A DNA stretch of 64,000 bases from assembly GCA_963674755.2 (NCBI GenBank), contig CAXXVS010000003.1, positions 960,001 to 1,024,000 of the forward strand, written 5' to 3'. Under the pieces are notes generated by a model. That model had not been told where the DNA came from and did no database searches. It saw nothing but the letters and a program-made list of their open reading frames with translations. The position numbers and the translations under genes were made by a program. Below are positions 1 to 8,792 of this stretch, one piece after another. Origin of the DNA: Desulfobacterales bacterium (GTDB taxonomy: Bacteria > Desulfobacterota > Desulfobacteria > Desulfobacterales > UBA5852). Position 1 is the stretch's first letter. Every line of letters begins with the position of its first letter.

Positions 1-114
1 TGGCTATGACCCGGATTTCCAAAGCGCCCGCCAACCGGGGCCAAAAGATGCCATTCATGGATGGACTCGATCTACGATGGCGGCGGCCAGACGATCAGCG
101 GATGGGTAGATACC

Positions 115-1113
115 ATGAACAACTCTGAAAAAAAAGGCGTGCGGGCCCTGGGGCTTTGCTCGGGCGGGCTGGACAGCATTCTGGCGGGCCTGGTGCTGCG
201 ACAGCAGGGCGTCGACGTGGCCTGGGTGAGCTTTGAAACCCCGTTTTTTTCGGCCGACAAGGCCCGTGCCGCTTCCCGTATCACCGGAATCCCCCTCACC
301 GTCCAGCGCATAACAGACGTCTACCTGCCCATGCTGCGCAGTCCCGCCTGCGGATACGGGAAAAATATGAACCCCTGCATGGACTGCCACGCCCTGATGT
401 TTCGCCTGGCCGGGGAACGGATGCGGCCGGAAGGTTTCGACTTCCTGTTCAGTGGAGAGGTGCTGGGCCAGCGGCCCATGAGCCAGAACAAGACCGCCCT
501 GCGCTATGTGGAAAAACACTCCGGCTATGACGGCTACATTCTTCGTCCCCTCAGCGCCCGCCTGCTGCCGGAGACCCGCCCGGAAGTCGAAGGCTTGGTG
601 GATCGCGCGCGGTTGCTGGATTTGAGCGGCCGGGGACGCAAGCCCCAGATGGCGCTGGCGGAGGCCTTCGGGCTCACCGACTATCCGGCTCCGGCCGGCG
701 GTTGCCTGCTGACGGATCCCAACTATTCCCGGCGCTTGAAAGATCTCTTCGACCATCAGGAAGCGGTGCGCGAGGCCCAGCTCGAACTGCTCAAATACGG
801 GCGCCATTTCCGGCTGGACGAGCATACCAAAATCGTGGTGGGCCGCACCCAGGGGGAAAACCAGCGCATTCTGGATTTTTACGACCCGACCGGCGATATC
901 CTGCTGAAGCTCAAGGCCTATCCGGGACCCACGGTGCTCGCCCCCCACGACGCATCCTCCGAGGCCCTCCAAAAGGCGGCCGCCATCTGTGCGGGATACA
1001 GCAAGGCGCCTTCGGATCGGGCGGTCGATGTGCAGATAACAAGGCCGGGTAAGCGGGGTGTCCTCCAGGTGGTGCCTTTATCGCCCGACACGGTCGGCAG
1101 CCTGCTGATCTGA
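115..1113 (+). CDS. ThiI-like PP-loop tRNA [17 protein letters not shown] (ThiI/MnmA-like, no THUMP domain)
   Basis: SGGLDS PP-loop, NPCMDCH, GEVLGQRPMSQ, LRPLSA and PAGGCLLTD motifs; ATG at 115 preferred to 61. Confidence 0.8.
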   Translation: MNNSEKKGVRALGLCSGGLDSILAGLVLRQQGVDVAWVSFETPFFSADKARAASRITGIPLTVQRITDVYLPMLRSPACGYGKNMNPCMDCHALMFRLAGERMRPEGFDFLFSGEVLGQRPMSQNKTALRYVEKHSGYDGYILRPLSARLLPETRPEVEGLVDRARLLDLSGRGRKPQMALAEAFGLTDYPAPAGGCLLTDPNYSRRLKDLFDHQEAVREAQLELLKYGRHFRLDEHTKIVVGRTQGENQRILDFYDPTGDILLKLKAYPGPTVLAPHDASSEALQKAAAICAGYSKAPSDRAVDVQITRPGKRGVLQVVPLSPDTVGSLLI

Positions 1114-1123
1114 AACGGCCGCC

Positions 1124-1224
1124 TAAGTGCCCCTATTCATAAAGACGATGCCATTCGACCGCCTATCCATCCATCCTGCCTGACGGCGTTGCGAAACCAC
1201 AGAATATTCCCGATATTCTTTAGC
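1124..1224. repeat. Intergenic repeat family B, partial copy 1
   Basis: CCCTATTCAT...CATCCTGCCTGACGGCGTTGCGAAACCAC shared with 14149-14226 and 47065-47228. Confidence 0.75.
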
Positions 1225-1232
1225 ACACGATG

Positions 1233-2297
1233 TCAATCCGGTTTTGGGTCATGTGCTTCGCTGCGCGCTTTAAGTTGACCGCAGGCGGCCGAGATGTCGC
1301 GGCCCTTGCTGTGCCGGATGATGGCGGTATAGCCCAGGTCCACGAGCGATTGTTGAAAGGCATCGATAACGGTTTCCGAAGGGCGCCGGAAACGGCAGCC
1401 TTCATGTTCGTTGAAGGGGATCAGGTTGATCTTGGCACGGATGGGGCGCAGGAGGGCCGCCAGGCGCCGGGCGTCTTCCGCACGGTCGTTGACGCCCTCC
1501 ATCAGGATGTATTCGAAGGTGATCCGGCGATGGGGCCGCAAGGGGTAGCGGCGGCAGGCCTCCAGAAGGGTTTCGAGGGGATAGCGGCGGTTGATGGGCA
1601 TCAAACGGCTGCGGGTGGCATCGTCGGTGGCATTGAGGGAAACGGCCAGGCTGACGTCGGTATCACGCCCCAGGGCCTCCATTTGCGGCACCAGCCCGGC
1701 AGTGGAGACGGTGATCTTGCGCCGCGAAAAGCCGAAGCCGGCCTTGTTGTCCGTCAACAGCTGGATGGCATCCACCACATTGCGGTAATTGGCCAACGGT
1801 TCCCCCATGCCCATGAAGACGATGTTGGTCAGGCTTTCCGGGGCACGGAGCTCTTTGCGGATATCCCGCACCTGGGCCAGAATCTCTCCCAGGGTGAGGT
1901 TGCGCTCCCAGCCGCCGGTGGCGGTGAAGCAGAAGCGGCAGTTCTGGGCGCAGCCCACCTGACTCGAGAGGCATAGGGTGGCATGGTTGCGCTCGGGGAT
2001 CAGGACGCTTTCGATGTGCCGGCCGTCGTTTAGCCCGAAAAGGAATTTCTGGGCGCCGTCGCCGGCGATTTCGCGGGCCTCCATGGTCAGCCGTCCGATA
2101 GAAAAGCATTCCGCCAGGGTGGCCCGCAGCGCCTTGCTGAGGTTGCTCATGTCATCAAAGCGGTCCACCTGTTCGCGGTAGATCCAACGCCAGATCTGGT
2201 CGGCCCGATAACCCGCCTCCCCCTGCGCCTGCAGCCACTGCTGAAGCGTGGCGCGATTGTAATCCTTGATGTCCGTCCGACGGTCCGCGATGATCAT
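1233..2297 (-). CDS. rlmN: 23S rRNA/tRNA m2A [17 protein letters not shown] RlmN (radical SAM)
   Basis: CLSSQVGCAQNCRFC, FMGMGEP and C-terminal DISAACGQL. Confidence 0.96.
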   Translation of the reverse strand: MIIADRRTDIKDYNRATLQQWLQAQGEAGYRADQIWRWIYREQVDRFDDMSNLSKALRATLAECFSIGRLTMEAREIAGDGAQKFLFGLNDGRHIESVLIPERNHATLCLSSQVGCAQNCRFCFTATGGWERNLTLGEILAQVRDIRKELRAPESLTNIVFMGMGEPLANYRNVVDAIQLLTDNKAGFGFSRRKITVSTAGLVPQMEALGRDTDVSLAVSLNATDDATRSRLMPINRRYPLETLLEACRRYPLRPHRRITFEYILMEGVNDRAEDARRLAALLRPIRAKINLIPFNEHEGCRFRRPSETVIDAFQQSLVDLGYTAIIRHSKGRDISAACGQLKARSEAHDPKPD

Positions 2298-2441
2298 TTT
2301 ATTTGCAATTTTTAGTGACTTAGGTTAATATAAAAAGATAACACACTCCAGAAAGCAATCTACCCGCCCCGGCTTCCATTTCGTGTGTGGTCCCCCCTGT
2401 CTAAGGGGAAAAAGGTTCTGTTTCAAGCTTTCCTTTTGTAC

Positions 2442-2470
2442 TTGACATACCATTATCAAAATTCTAAATT
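2442..2470 (+). promoter_or_regulatory. Sigma-70-type promoter for the ffh operon
   Basis: TTGACA-17 nt-TAAATT, 40 nt upstream of the ffh ATG. Confidence 0.6.
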
Positions 2471-2510
2471 CAACGATTTATGATGATAGAGAGCGGATTG
2501 GGGAAAGGTT

Positions 2511-3842
2511 ATGTTTGAAAACCTGTCCGACAAACTTGATGCCGTCTTCAAAAAGCTCAAGGGCCACGGCAAGCTGACGGAAAGCAACGTCGAGGAAGGC
2601 CTCCGGGAAGTGCGCTTGGCATTGCTGGAGGCGGATGTTCATTTCCGGGTGGTCAAGCAGTTTATCGCGGACATCAAGGAGCGCGCGCTTGGCCAGGAAG
2701 TACTGGCCAGCCTGACCCCGGGCCAGCAGATCATCAAGATCGTCAACGAGCAGCTCACCGAGCTGATGGGCTCGCAACACGAGCAGCTCGATCTCCAGGG
2801 GGCCCGGCCGGTGGCGGTCATGCTGGTGGGCCTGCAGGGGTCTGGTAAGACGACTACGGCCGGCAAGCTGGCCGTACATCTGCGTAACGAGGGGCACAAG
2901 CCGTATTTGGTGCCGGCGGATGTCTACCGACCCGCGGCCATCGACCAGTTGACCAAGCTCGCCGGGCAGCTGTCGGTCCCGGTCTATGCCTCCCGGACCG
3001 ACATGGATCCGGTCGATATCTGTCTGGAAGCCCGTGTCGCCGCCCAAATGGCGGGCTGTGACGTTCTGCTGCTGGATACCGCGGGCCGCCTGCACATCGA
3101 CGAGTCCCTGATGGCCGAGTTGGCACGGATCAAGGACGCCGTCAAGCCGTCGGACACCCTGTTGGTGGCCGATGCCATGACCGGCCAGGATGCGGTCAAC
3201 ATCGCCGAGTCCTTTAACGAAGCGCTGGATATCGGCGGCATCGTCCTGACCAAGACGGACGGCGACGCCCGCGGTGGTGCCGCCCTTTCCGTCAAGGCGG
3301 TCACCGGCAAGCCCATCAAGTTCGTCGGCACTGGTGAAAAGCTCACTCAGCTGGAAGCCTTCCACCCCGACCGGATGGCGTCCACCATCCTGGGAATGGG
3401 GGATGTGCTGACCCTCATCGAGAAGGCCCAGGCGGTCGTCGATGAGAAAAAAGCGGTCGAACTTGAAAAGAAGCTCCGCAAGAGCCAATTTACGTTGGAG
3501 GACTTTCGTGATCAGCTCGTGCAGGTACGCAAAATGGGGTCCCTGTCCGAATTGCTCCAGATGATCCCGGGCATGGGCAAGATGAAGCAGATGAAGCATC
3601 TTGAGGTGGACGACGGCGAGCTCGTCAAAATCGAAGCGATTATCAACTCCATGACCCGTAAGGAGCGGCAGAACCATGCCATCATCAACGGCAGCCGGCG
3701 CAAGCGCATTGCCAAGGGCAGCGGGACGCGCGTGCAGGATGTGAACAGCCTGCTCAAGAACTATACGCAGGTCATGAAAATGATGAAGAAGATGAATAAA
3801 AGCGGCATGCGCGGGCTTGGCCGGGGTATGCTACCTTTCTAA
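2511..3842 (+). CDS. ffh: Signal recognition particle protein
   Basis: [14 protein letters not shown], TKxDGDARGG and Met-rich M domain. Confidence 0.98.
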   Translation: MFENLSDKLDAVFKKLKGHGKLTESNVEEGLREVRLALLEADVHFRVVKQFIADIKERALGQEVLASLTPGQQIIKIVNEQLTELMGSQHEQLDLQGARPVAVMLVGLQGSGKTTTAGKLAVHLRNEGHKPYLVPADVYRPAAIDQLTKLAGQLSVPVYASRTDMDPVDICLEARVAAQMAGCDVLLLDTAGRLHIDESLMAELARIKDAVKPSDTLLVADAMTGQDAVNIAESFNEALDIGGIVLTKTDGDARGGAALSVKAVTGKPIKFVGTGEKLTQLEAFHPDRMASTILGMGDVLTLIEKAQAVVDEKKAVELEKKLRKSQFTLEDFRDQLVQVRKMGSLSELLQMIPGMGKMKQMKHLEVDDGELVKIEAIINSMTRKERQNHAIINGSRRKRIAKGSGTRVQDVNSLLKNYTQVMKMMKKMNKSGMRGLGRGMLPF

Positions 3843-3855
3843 AGGAGAAGAGCGA

Positions 3856-4110
3856 ATGGCAGTAAGAATCAGATTGGCCAGACATGGCGCCAAAAAGAAA
3901 CCGTTTTACCGCATTGTCGTTGCCGACAGTGAATCCCCGCGTGACGGAAGATACCTGGAAGCGGTTGGAACATACAATCCGTTGCTTGATCCGGCTGAGA
4001 TTACGGTAAAGCAGGAGCGCGTCCAGTACTGGCTGGAACAAGGGGCTATTCCGACCGACACGGTCAAAAGCCTGCTGAAGAAGGAGGTCGCCTCGCAAGA
4101 GACCGCATAG
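3856..4110 (+). CDS. rpsP: 30S ribosomal protein S16
   Basis: [38 protein letters not shown] before ATG 3856. Confidence 0.98.
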   Translation: MAVRIRLARHGAKKKPFYRIVVADSESPRDGRYLEAVGTYNPLLDPAEITVKQERVQYWLEQGAIPTDTVKSLLKKEVASQETA

Positions 4111-4156
4111 CCCCCACTGCCCCATATTCTCACCCACCAACAAAGGAGATGGCGCT

Positions 4157-4387
4157 ATGAGAGACCTGATCGATTACATCGCACGGGCGTTGGTTGACAA
4201 TCCTGACGAGGTCTCGGTTTCAGAAGTCGAAGGCAACCAGACATCGGTGCTTGAGCTTAAGGTGGCCAAAGAGGATTTGGGTAAAGTCATAGGGAAGCAG
4301 GGGCGCACGGCGCGGGCCATGCGGACGATTTTGAGCGCGGCTTCGGCCAAAGTGAAAAAACGGACGGTACTTGAAATCATCGAATGA
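4157..4387 (+). CDS. khpA: KH-domain RNA-binding protein
   Basis: [15 protein letters not shown] motif; conserved position between rpsP and rimM. Confidence 0.93.
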   Translation: MRDLIDYIARALVDNPDEVSVSEVEGNQTSVLELKVAKEDLGKVIGKQGRTARAMRTILSAASAKVKKRTVLEIIE

Positions 4388-4901
4388 CAGGACCCCTCCC
4401 GGCGATACCCAATTGATAGGCGAAATCGTCGGTGTGCACGGCCTGGGCGGTGCTTTGAAAGTTCGGTCCTATGCCGATTCGCCACTGATGTTCGAAGCGG
4501 GCCTGGCGCTTTATCTGGAAAGCCCCGCGGGTCTTGTTCAGGCGTGTACGCTGGATTGGGCCAAACCCCATGGCAAGGGCGTCCTCTTATCCATCACGGG
4601 GGTTGCCGATCGCGAAACCGCCGAAAGACTCGTCGGAACTCGCCTTTTGGTGGACAAGGCCATACTCCCCGCTTTGGAAGAGGGGACCTATTACTGGTTT
4701 GAACTCATCGGATTGTCGGTCTATACCACCCAGGGCGAATACCTGGGGACGTTAGACAGCATATTGCCGACCGGCAGCAACGATGTTTATGTGGTGCGTG
4801 ACGGCGATGCGGAGACCTTGGTGCCGGCGCTGGCATCGGTGGTCCAGGCCATCGATACCGATCAGGGCCGAATGGAGGTCAACCTTCCCGAAGGATTGTA
4901 G
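4371..4901 (+). CDS. rimM: Ribosome maturation factor RimM
   Basis: [26 protein letters not shown]; start codon uncertain. Confidence 0.95.
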   Translation: MKSSNDRTPPGDTQLIGEIVGVHGLGGALKVRSYADSPLMFEAGLALYLESPAGLVQACTLDWAKPHGKGVLLSITGVADRETAERLVGTRLLVDKAILPALEEGTYYWFELIGLSVYTTQGEYLGTLDSILPTGSNDVYVVRDGDAETLVPALASVVQAIDTDQGRMEVNLPEGL

Positions 4902-4921
4902 ACGGCAGGGGGAAGGACTGC

Positions 4922-5716
4922 ATGACAATGGATGTCGCTGTTCTGACCATTTTCCCGGAGATGTTCGCGCCGTTCTGGCATCACGGGATTGTCAGGCGGG
5001 CCGTCGAACAAGGGTATCTTAAGAGCGAGGCCGTCGATATCCGGGCCTACGCCGAAGACCGTCACAAGGTGACCGACGACCGGCCCTATGGCGGCGGATG
5101 CGGCATGGTGATGAAACCGGAGCCGCTGGCCAAAGCCCTGCGGGCGACGCGGAGGCGCATGCCGGATGCCGTCACCTTGTTGATGACACCCCAGGGCCGC
5201 CCCTTCAGCCAACAGATGGCCGCCGCGCTGGCCGGCCGGAAGGGGCTGATTTTTATTTGCGGGCGCTATGAAGGGGTGGACGAGCGTTTTGCCGAACAAT
5301 TCGTCGATGAGGAGATTTCCATCGGCGATTATGTGCTGACCGGCGGTGAACTGCCGGCCATGGTAGTTGTGGATGCGGTGGTACGGCTCATTCCGGGCGT
5401 TCTGGGCGGCGACGACTCGGCGGCCCAGGATTCGTTTGCGGACGGCCTGCTGGAACACGCCCATTACACCCGCCCACGTGCTTTTGAGGGGCGGGAGGTA
5501 CCCGAGGTTCTGTTGTCCGGCAATCACGCCGCCATCGCCCAATGGCGCCTCGAAGGGGCGTTGATGCAAACCTTTTTAAAACGACCGGATCTCCTCGAGA
5601 ACCGCGAGTTTTCGGCTCAGGAAAGCGCCATCCTGAGAAAGTGGTCCCAGAGACTTGAAAACCTTATCCGGGGTCAATCTGCACGTCGCCCTGATTCACT
5701 ACCCGGTGGTGAATAA
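4922..5716 (+). CDS. trmD: tRNA (guanine37-N1)[17 protein letters not shown]
   Basis: DDRPYGGGCGMVMK, CGRYEGVDER, SIGDYVLTGGE and VPEVLLSGNHA. Confidence 0.97.
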   Translation: MTMDVAVLTIFPEMFAPFWHHGIVRRAVEQGYLKSEAVDIRAYAEDRHKVTDDRPYGGGCGMVMKPEPLAKALRATRRRMPDAVTLLMTPQGRPFSQQMAAALAGRKGLIFICGRYEGVDERFAEQFVDEEISIGDYVLTGGELPAMVVVDAVVRLIPGVLGGDDSAAQDSFADGLLEHAHYTRPRAFEGREVPEVLLSGNHAAIAQWRLEGALMQTFLKRPDLLENREFSAQESAILRKWSQRLENLIRGQSARRPDSLPGGE

Positions 5717-6230
5717 GCATGGCGAAACGGTGGCCTCGGCGGTTACCAATCTCGATCTGCACGACATGGCCCGTGCCGCCCGCACGTTCGGCGTCCGGGC
5801 GTTGCATGTGATTACCCCGCTGGCGGACCAGCGGGCCCTGGCGGAGAAGATCGTCCGCCACTGGACCAGCGGACCCGGCGGCGTGCATAATCCTAAGCGC
5901 CGCGCGGCCTTGGAGCTCGTTCGGGTGACGGCCTCCCTGGAGGAGACCCGTTTGCTCATCGCGCAGGATTGCGGCCGGCCGCCGGTGGTTGTGGCGACCT
6001 GTGCCCGGCGCTACCCGGAAGCCTGCGGGTTTGAGGAACTGGCCGGGAGGATGGCGAAAGGCATACCGCATCTGGTGCTGTTCGGCACCGCCTGGGGGCT
6101 GGCGCCGGAATTGGTTGCGGCCGCGGATGCTGTTCTGGAGCCGATCGTGGGCCAAGGGGACTACAATCATTTATCGGTTCGCTGCGCGGCCGCAATCGTT
6201 ATGGATCGGCTGATGATGGGCCGACATTAA
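5655..6230 (+). CDS. SPOUT-class RNA [24 protein letters not shown] trmD
   Basis: LIHYPV, AVTNLDLHDMAR, LFGTAWGL and YNHLSVR motifs; overlaps trmD by 62 nt; TTG start uncertain. Confidence 0.85.
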   Translation: MKTLSGVNLHVALIHYPVVNKHGETVASAVTNLDLHDMARAARTFGVRALHVITPLADQRALAEKIVRHWTSGPGGVHNPKRRAALELVRVTASLEETRLLIAQDCGRPPVVVATCARRYPEACGFEELAGRMAKGIPHLVLFGTAWGLAPELVAAADAVLEPIVGQGDYNHLSVRCAAAIVMDRLMMGRH

Positions 6231-6267
6231 TTGTTAAACTGATCGGAATCAACATTAGGGGTTTATT

Positions 6268-6612
6268 ATGGAAAAGCTCAAACAACTGGAAAAAGAAATG
6301 ATGCGGCTTGATCTGCCGGAGTTCGTGCCCGGTGATACGGTCAAGGTGCATGTCAAGATCAAGGAAGGCGAGAAGGAGCGTATTCAGGTCTTCCAGGGGG
6401 TGGTGATCAGCAAGCGCAAGGGGACCACCAATGCGACCTTCACGGTCCGCAAGGTTTCCTATGGTGTCGGCGTGGAGCGTGTTTTCCCGATGCATTCACC
6501 CATCATCGACAAGATCGAGGTGGTGACCCGGGGCCGCGTGCGCCGCGCCAAGATCTACTACCTGCGCAAATTGCGCGGCAAAGCCGCCCGTATCAAAGAG
6601 CGCCGTTTCTAA
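6268..6612 (+). CDS. rplS: 50S ribosomal protein L19
   Basis: [25 protein letters not shown] and [10 protein letters not shown]. Confidence 0.98.
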   Translation: MEKLKQLEKEMMRLDLPEFVPGDTVKVHVKIKEGEKERIQVFQGVVISKRKGTTNATFTVRKVSYGVGVERVFPMHSPIIDKIEVVTRGRVRRAKIYYLRKLRGKAARIKERRF

Positions 6613-6744
6613 TCCGTCCGTCGTCGCCATTGATGGCGGGGCCCTGCAAGCCGATGCTTTTCAAGATGGGCGGGGCTTTTCAACGCAGAAGGCCGGGGCG
6701 TCGGGACCCTTTAGGGGACCTGCCGCCCTGGGAGCCGACGCCGC

Positions 6745-7377
6745 GTGAATCAGGACCCGAAGTGTTTCGAAAACGAAGTCCACGCCCGGGGGTATCGCCG
6801 GGTGGCCGGCGTCGATGAAGCCGGTCGGGGGCCGCTGGCCGGGCCGGTGGTGGCGTCCGCGGTTATCCTGGGTGACAGGATCCGGCTGGACGGCATCAAC
6901 GATTCCAAACAGCTGACGGCACAGCGTCGCCTGGCCGCCTATCAGCGCATATGCCAGGAGGCCTTGGCCGTCGGTATCGGAGTGATCGATGCCGGGATCA
7001 TCGACCGCATCAATATCCTGCAATCCGCTCTTCTGGCGATGGAGGTGGCGGTGGCGCACCTCGACCCCCAGGCAGATTTTTTGCTGATCGACGGAAACCA
7101 TCCCACCGCCCTGAGTCTGCCCCAGCGCACCATCATCAAGGGGGATGCCCGCAGTGCTTCCATTGCCGCAGCCTCGATTGTGGCCAAAGTGACGCGGGAC
7201 CGCCTGATGGAGGGCTACCATACCCAGTATCCGGCTTACGGCTTTGATCGGCACAAAGGGTATCCCACCCGGGCGCATCGCGAGGCGGTTCGCCAGCACG
7301 GGTGTTGCCCGATCCACCGGTTCACATTCAGAGGGGTCAGGGAATATGCCCCGTTGACCCAGGTTCCAGGGGAATGA
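6745..7377 (+). CDS. rnhB: Ribonuclease HII
   Basis: GVDEAGRGPLAGPV, DSKQL, KGDA.S.SIAAASIVAKVTRD, HKGYPT. Confidence 0.97.
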   Translation: MNQDPKCFENEVHARGYRRVAGVDEAGRGPLAGPVVASAVILGDRIRLDGINDSKQLTAQRRLAAYQRICQEALAVGIGVIDAGIIDRINILQSALLAMEVAVAHLDPQADFLLIDGNHPTALSLPQRTIIKGDARSASIAAASIVAKVTRDRLMEGYHTQYPAYGFDRHKGYPTRAHREAVRQHGCCPIHRFTFRGVREYAPLTQVPGE

Positions 7378-7430
7378 TTCAGCGGGTCATACAGTTTTGG
7401 CGGCACTCGGGAGGACTGATCGGGGGGACG

Positions 7431-7808
7431 ATGCCCAGCAATCCGCACGCGTTTGGTCAGCAGGCCGAAACGATGGCGGCCCGCTTCCTCAAGAAACAGG
7501 GCTATAAAATCATCGTCCGCAATCACCGTACCCGCAGCGGCGAAATCGACATCATCGCCCGGGAGGGCGAAACCTTGGTCTTTGTCGAAGTCAAAGCGCG
7601 CACTTCAGAGCGCTACGGCAGTGCCAAGGCGGCCGTGACCCCCCAGAAGCAGCGGCAGATCGCCAAGGTGGCCCTGGGCTATCTCAAAATGACCGATCAA
7701 TCCTATGCCAAGGCCCGTTTCGATGTGGTCACCGTGACGCGCCGTGTCAAAGGCCACGATATCCATCTCATCCGCAATGCTTTTGGGCTGAACGATGACC
7801 GCGTCTGA
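7431..7808 (+). CDS. yraN: YraN/UPF0102 family putative endonuclease
   Basis: G..AE..A..FL...GY, GEIDIIA, LVFVEVK.R and RFDVV. Confidence 0.9.
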   Translation: MPSNPHAFGQQAETMAARFLKKQGYKIIVRNHRTRSGEIDIIAREGETLVFVEVKARTSERYGSAKAAVTPQKQRQIAKVALGYLKMTDQSYAKARFDVVTVTRRVKGHDIHLIRNAFGLNDDRV

Positions 7809-8679
7809 CGGGATGACGGGCGGGATGCTGTATGTCGTGGCCACCCCCATCGGCAACATGGATGACATTACGCTGCGCGCCCTGAAGATTTTGCAGGCCG
7901 TCGACCGGATCGCCGCTGAAGATACCCGCCATACCGGGCGCCTGCTGAATCACCACGGTATCCAAACCCCCCTTGTCTCCTATCATGAACACAATGAGCG
8001 CCAGCGCACCGCGGAACTTCTGGCTGCTCTGGAACAGGGGGCATCGATCGCCCTGGTGTCCGATGCGGGAACTCCGGCCATTTCCGATCCGGGCTACGTG
8101 CTCGTGCACGAAGCGGTGCAGAAGGGGATAGCGGTTTCGCCGATCCCCGGGGCTTCGGCCCTTGTGGCCGCCCTTTCGGCGTCCGGTTTAGCCACCGATG
8201 CTTTTGTCTTTATGGGGTTCCCCGCCCGTAAAGCGGGCCGACGCCAGCGCGCGCTGGCGTCGCTGAAGGAAGAGCGCCGGACCTTGATCTGGTATGAATC
8301 GCCCCATCGCATCGCGGCTTTTATAGAAGACGTGCGGCGGGTCATGGGGGACCGGTTCGCGGTCATCGGCCGGGAAATGACCAAGCACTACGAAGAGTTT
8401 TTGCGCGGCCCCCTCTCGGAACTGGCCAGGACGCTGGAGGCACGTGGTGACATCAAGGGTGAAATCACCCTGCTGGTCGCCGGCTGTGACGGTACACCGC
8501 CGGAAAGCGCGGCCTCACTGGAAGAAGCAATCGTTCAGGCGCTTCAGGCGGGGGATAAGAGTCATTCGGCCCTGGCCCGGGAAATGGCTTCGGCTTTCGG
8601 GATCTCCCGGCGGGAGGCGTATGACCGCATCCTGGCCCTGCGCCAGGGGTTGGATTCGGCCGGTGATGGGAACGCGTAG
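7795..8679 (+). CDS. rsmI: 16S rRNA (cytidine1402-2'-O)[17 protein letters not shown]
   Basis: LYVVATPIGN..DIT.RA, AEDTRHT, VSDAGTP.ISDPG, YESPHR. Confidence 0.96.
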   Translation: MTASDGMTGGMLYVVATPIGNMDDITLRALKILQAVDRIAAEDTRHTGRLLNHHGIQTPLVSYHEHNERQRTAELLAALEQGASIALVSDAGTPAISDPGYVLVHEAVQKGIAVSPIPGASALVAALSASGLATDAFVFMGFPARKAGRRQRALASLKEERRTLIWYESPHRIAAFIEDVRRVMGDRFAVIGREMTKHYEEFLRGPLSELARTLEARGDIKGEITLLVAGCDGTPPESAASLEEAIVQALQAGDKSHSALAREMASAFGISRREAYDRILALRQGLDSAGDGNA

Positions 8680-8792
8680 CAATTTGTTTGTACCTGGTCT
8701 GAAATCCGTGCCTTCGCGGCGCGCAACGCCCCTCCCGGCCGGGAAGACGGCAAGCGGGCCGCAGGGTGACGAAACCCTATAGGGAGTAATGA

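Noticed and set aside
2298..2510. SRP RNA (ffs) or another ncRNA next to ffh
   Set aside because: The conserved SRP domain IV motif is absent; the region reads as divergent promoters
8700..8790. Structured GC-rich leader with TGACGAAAC before the acyl-CoA synthetase
   Set aside because: No CUGANGA core or recognisable riboswitch motif; pairing is plausible by chance
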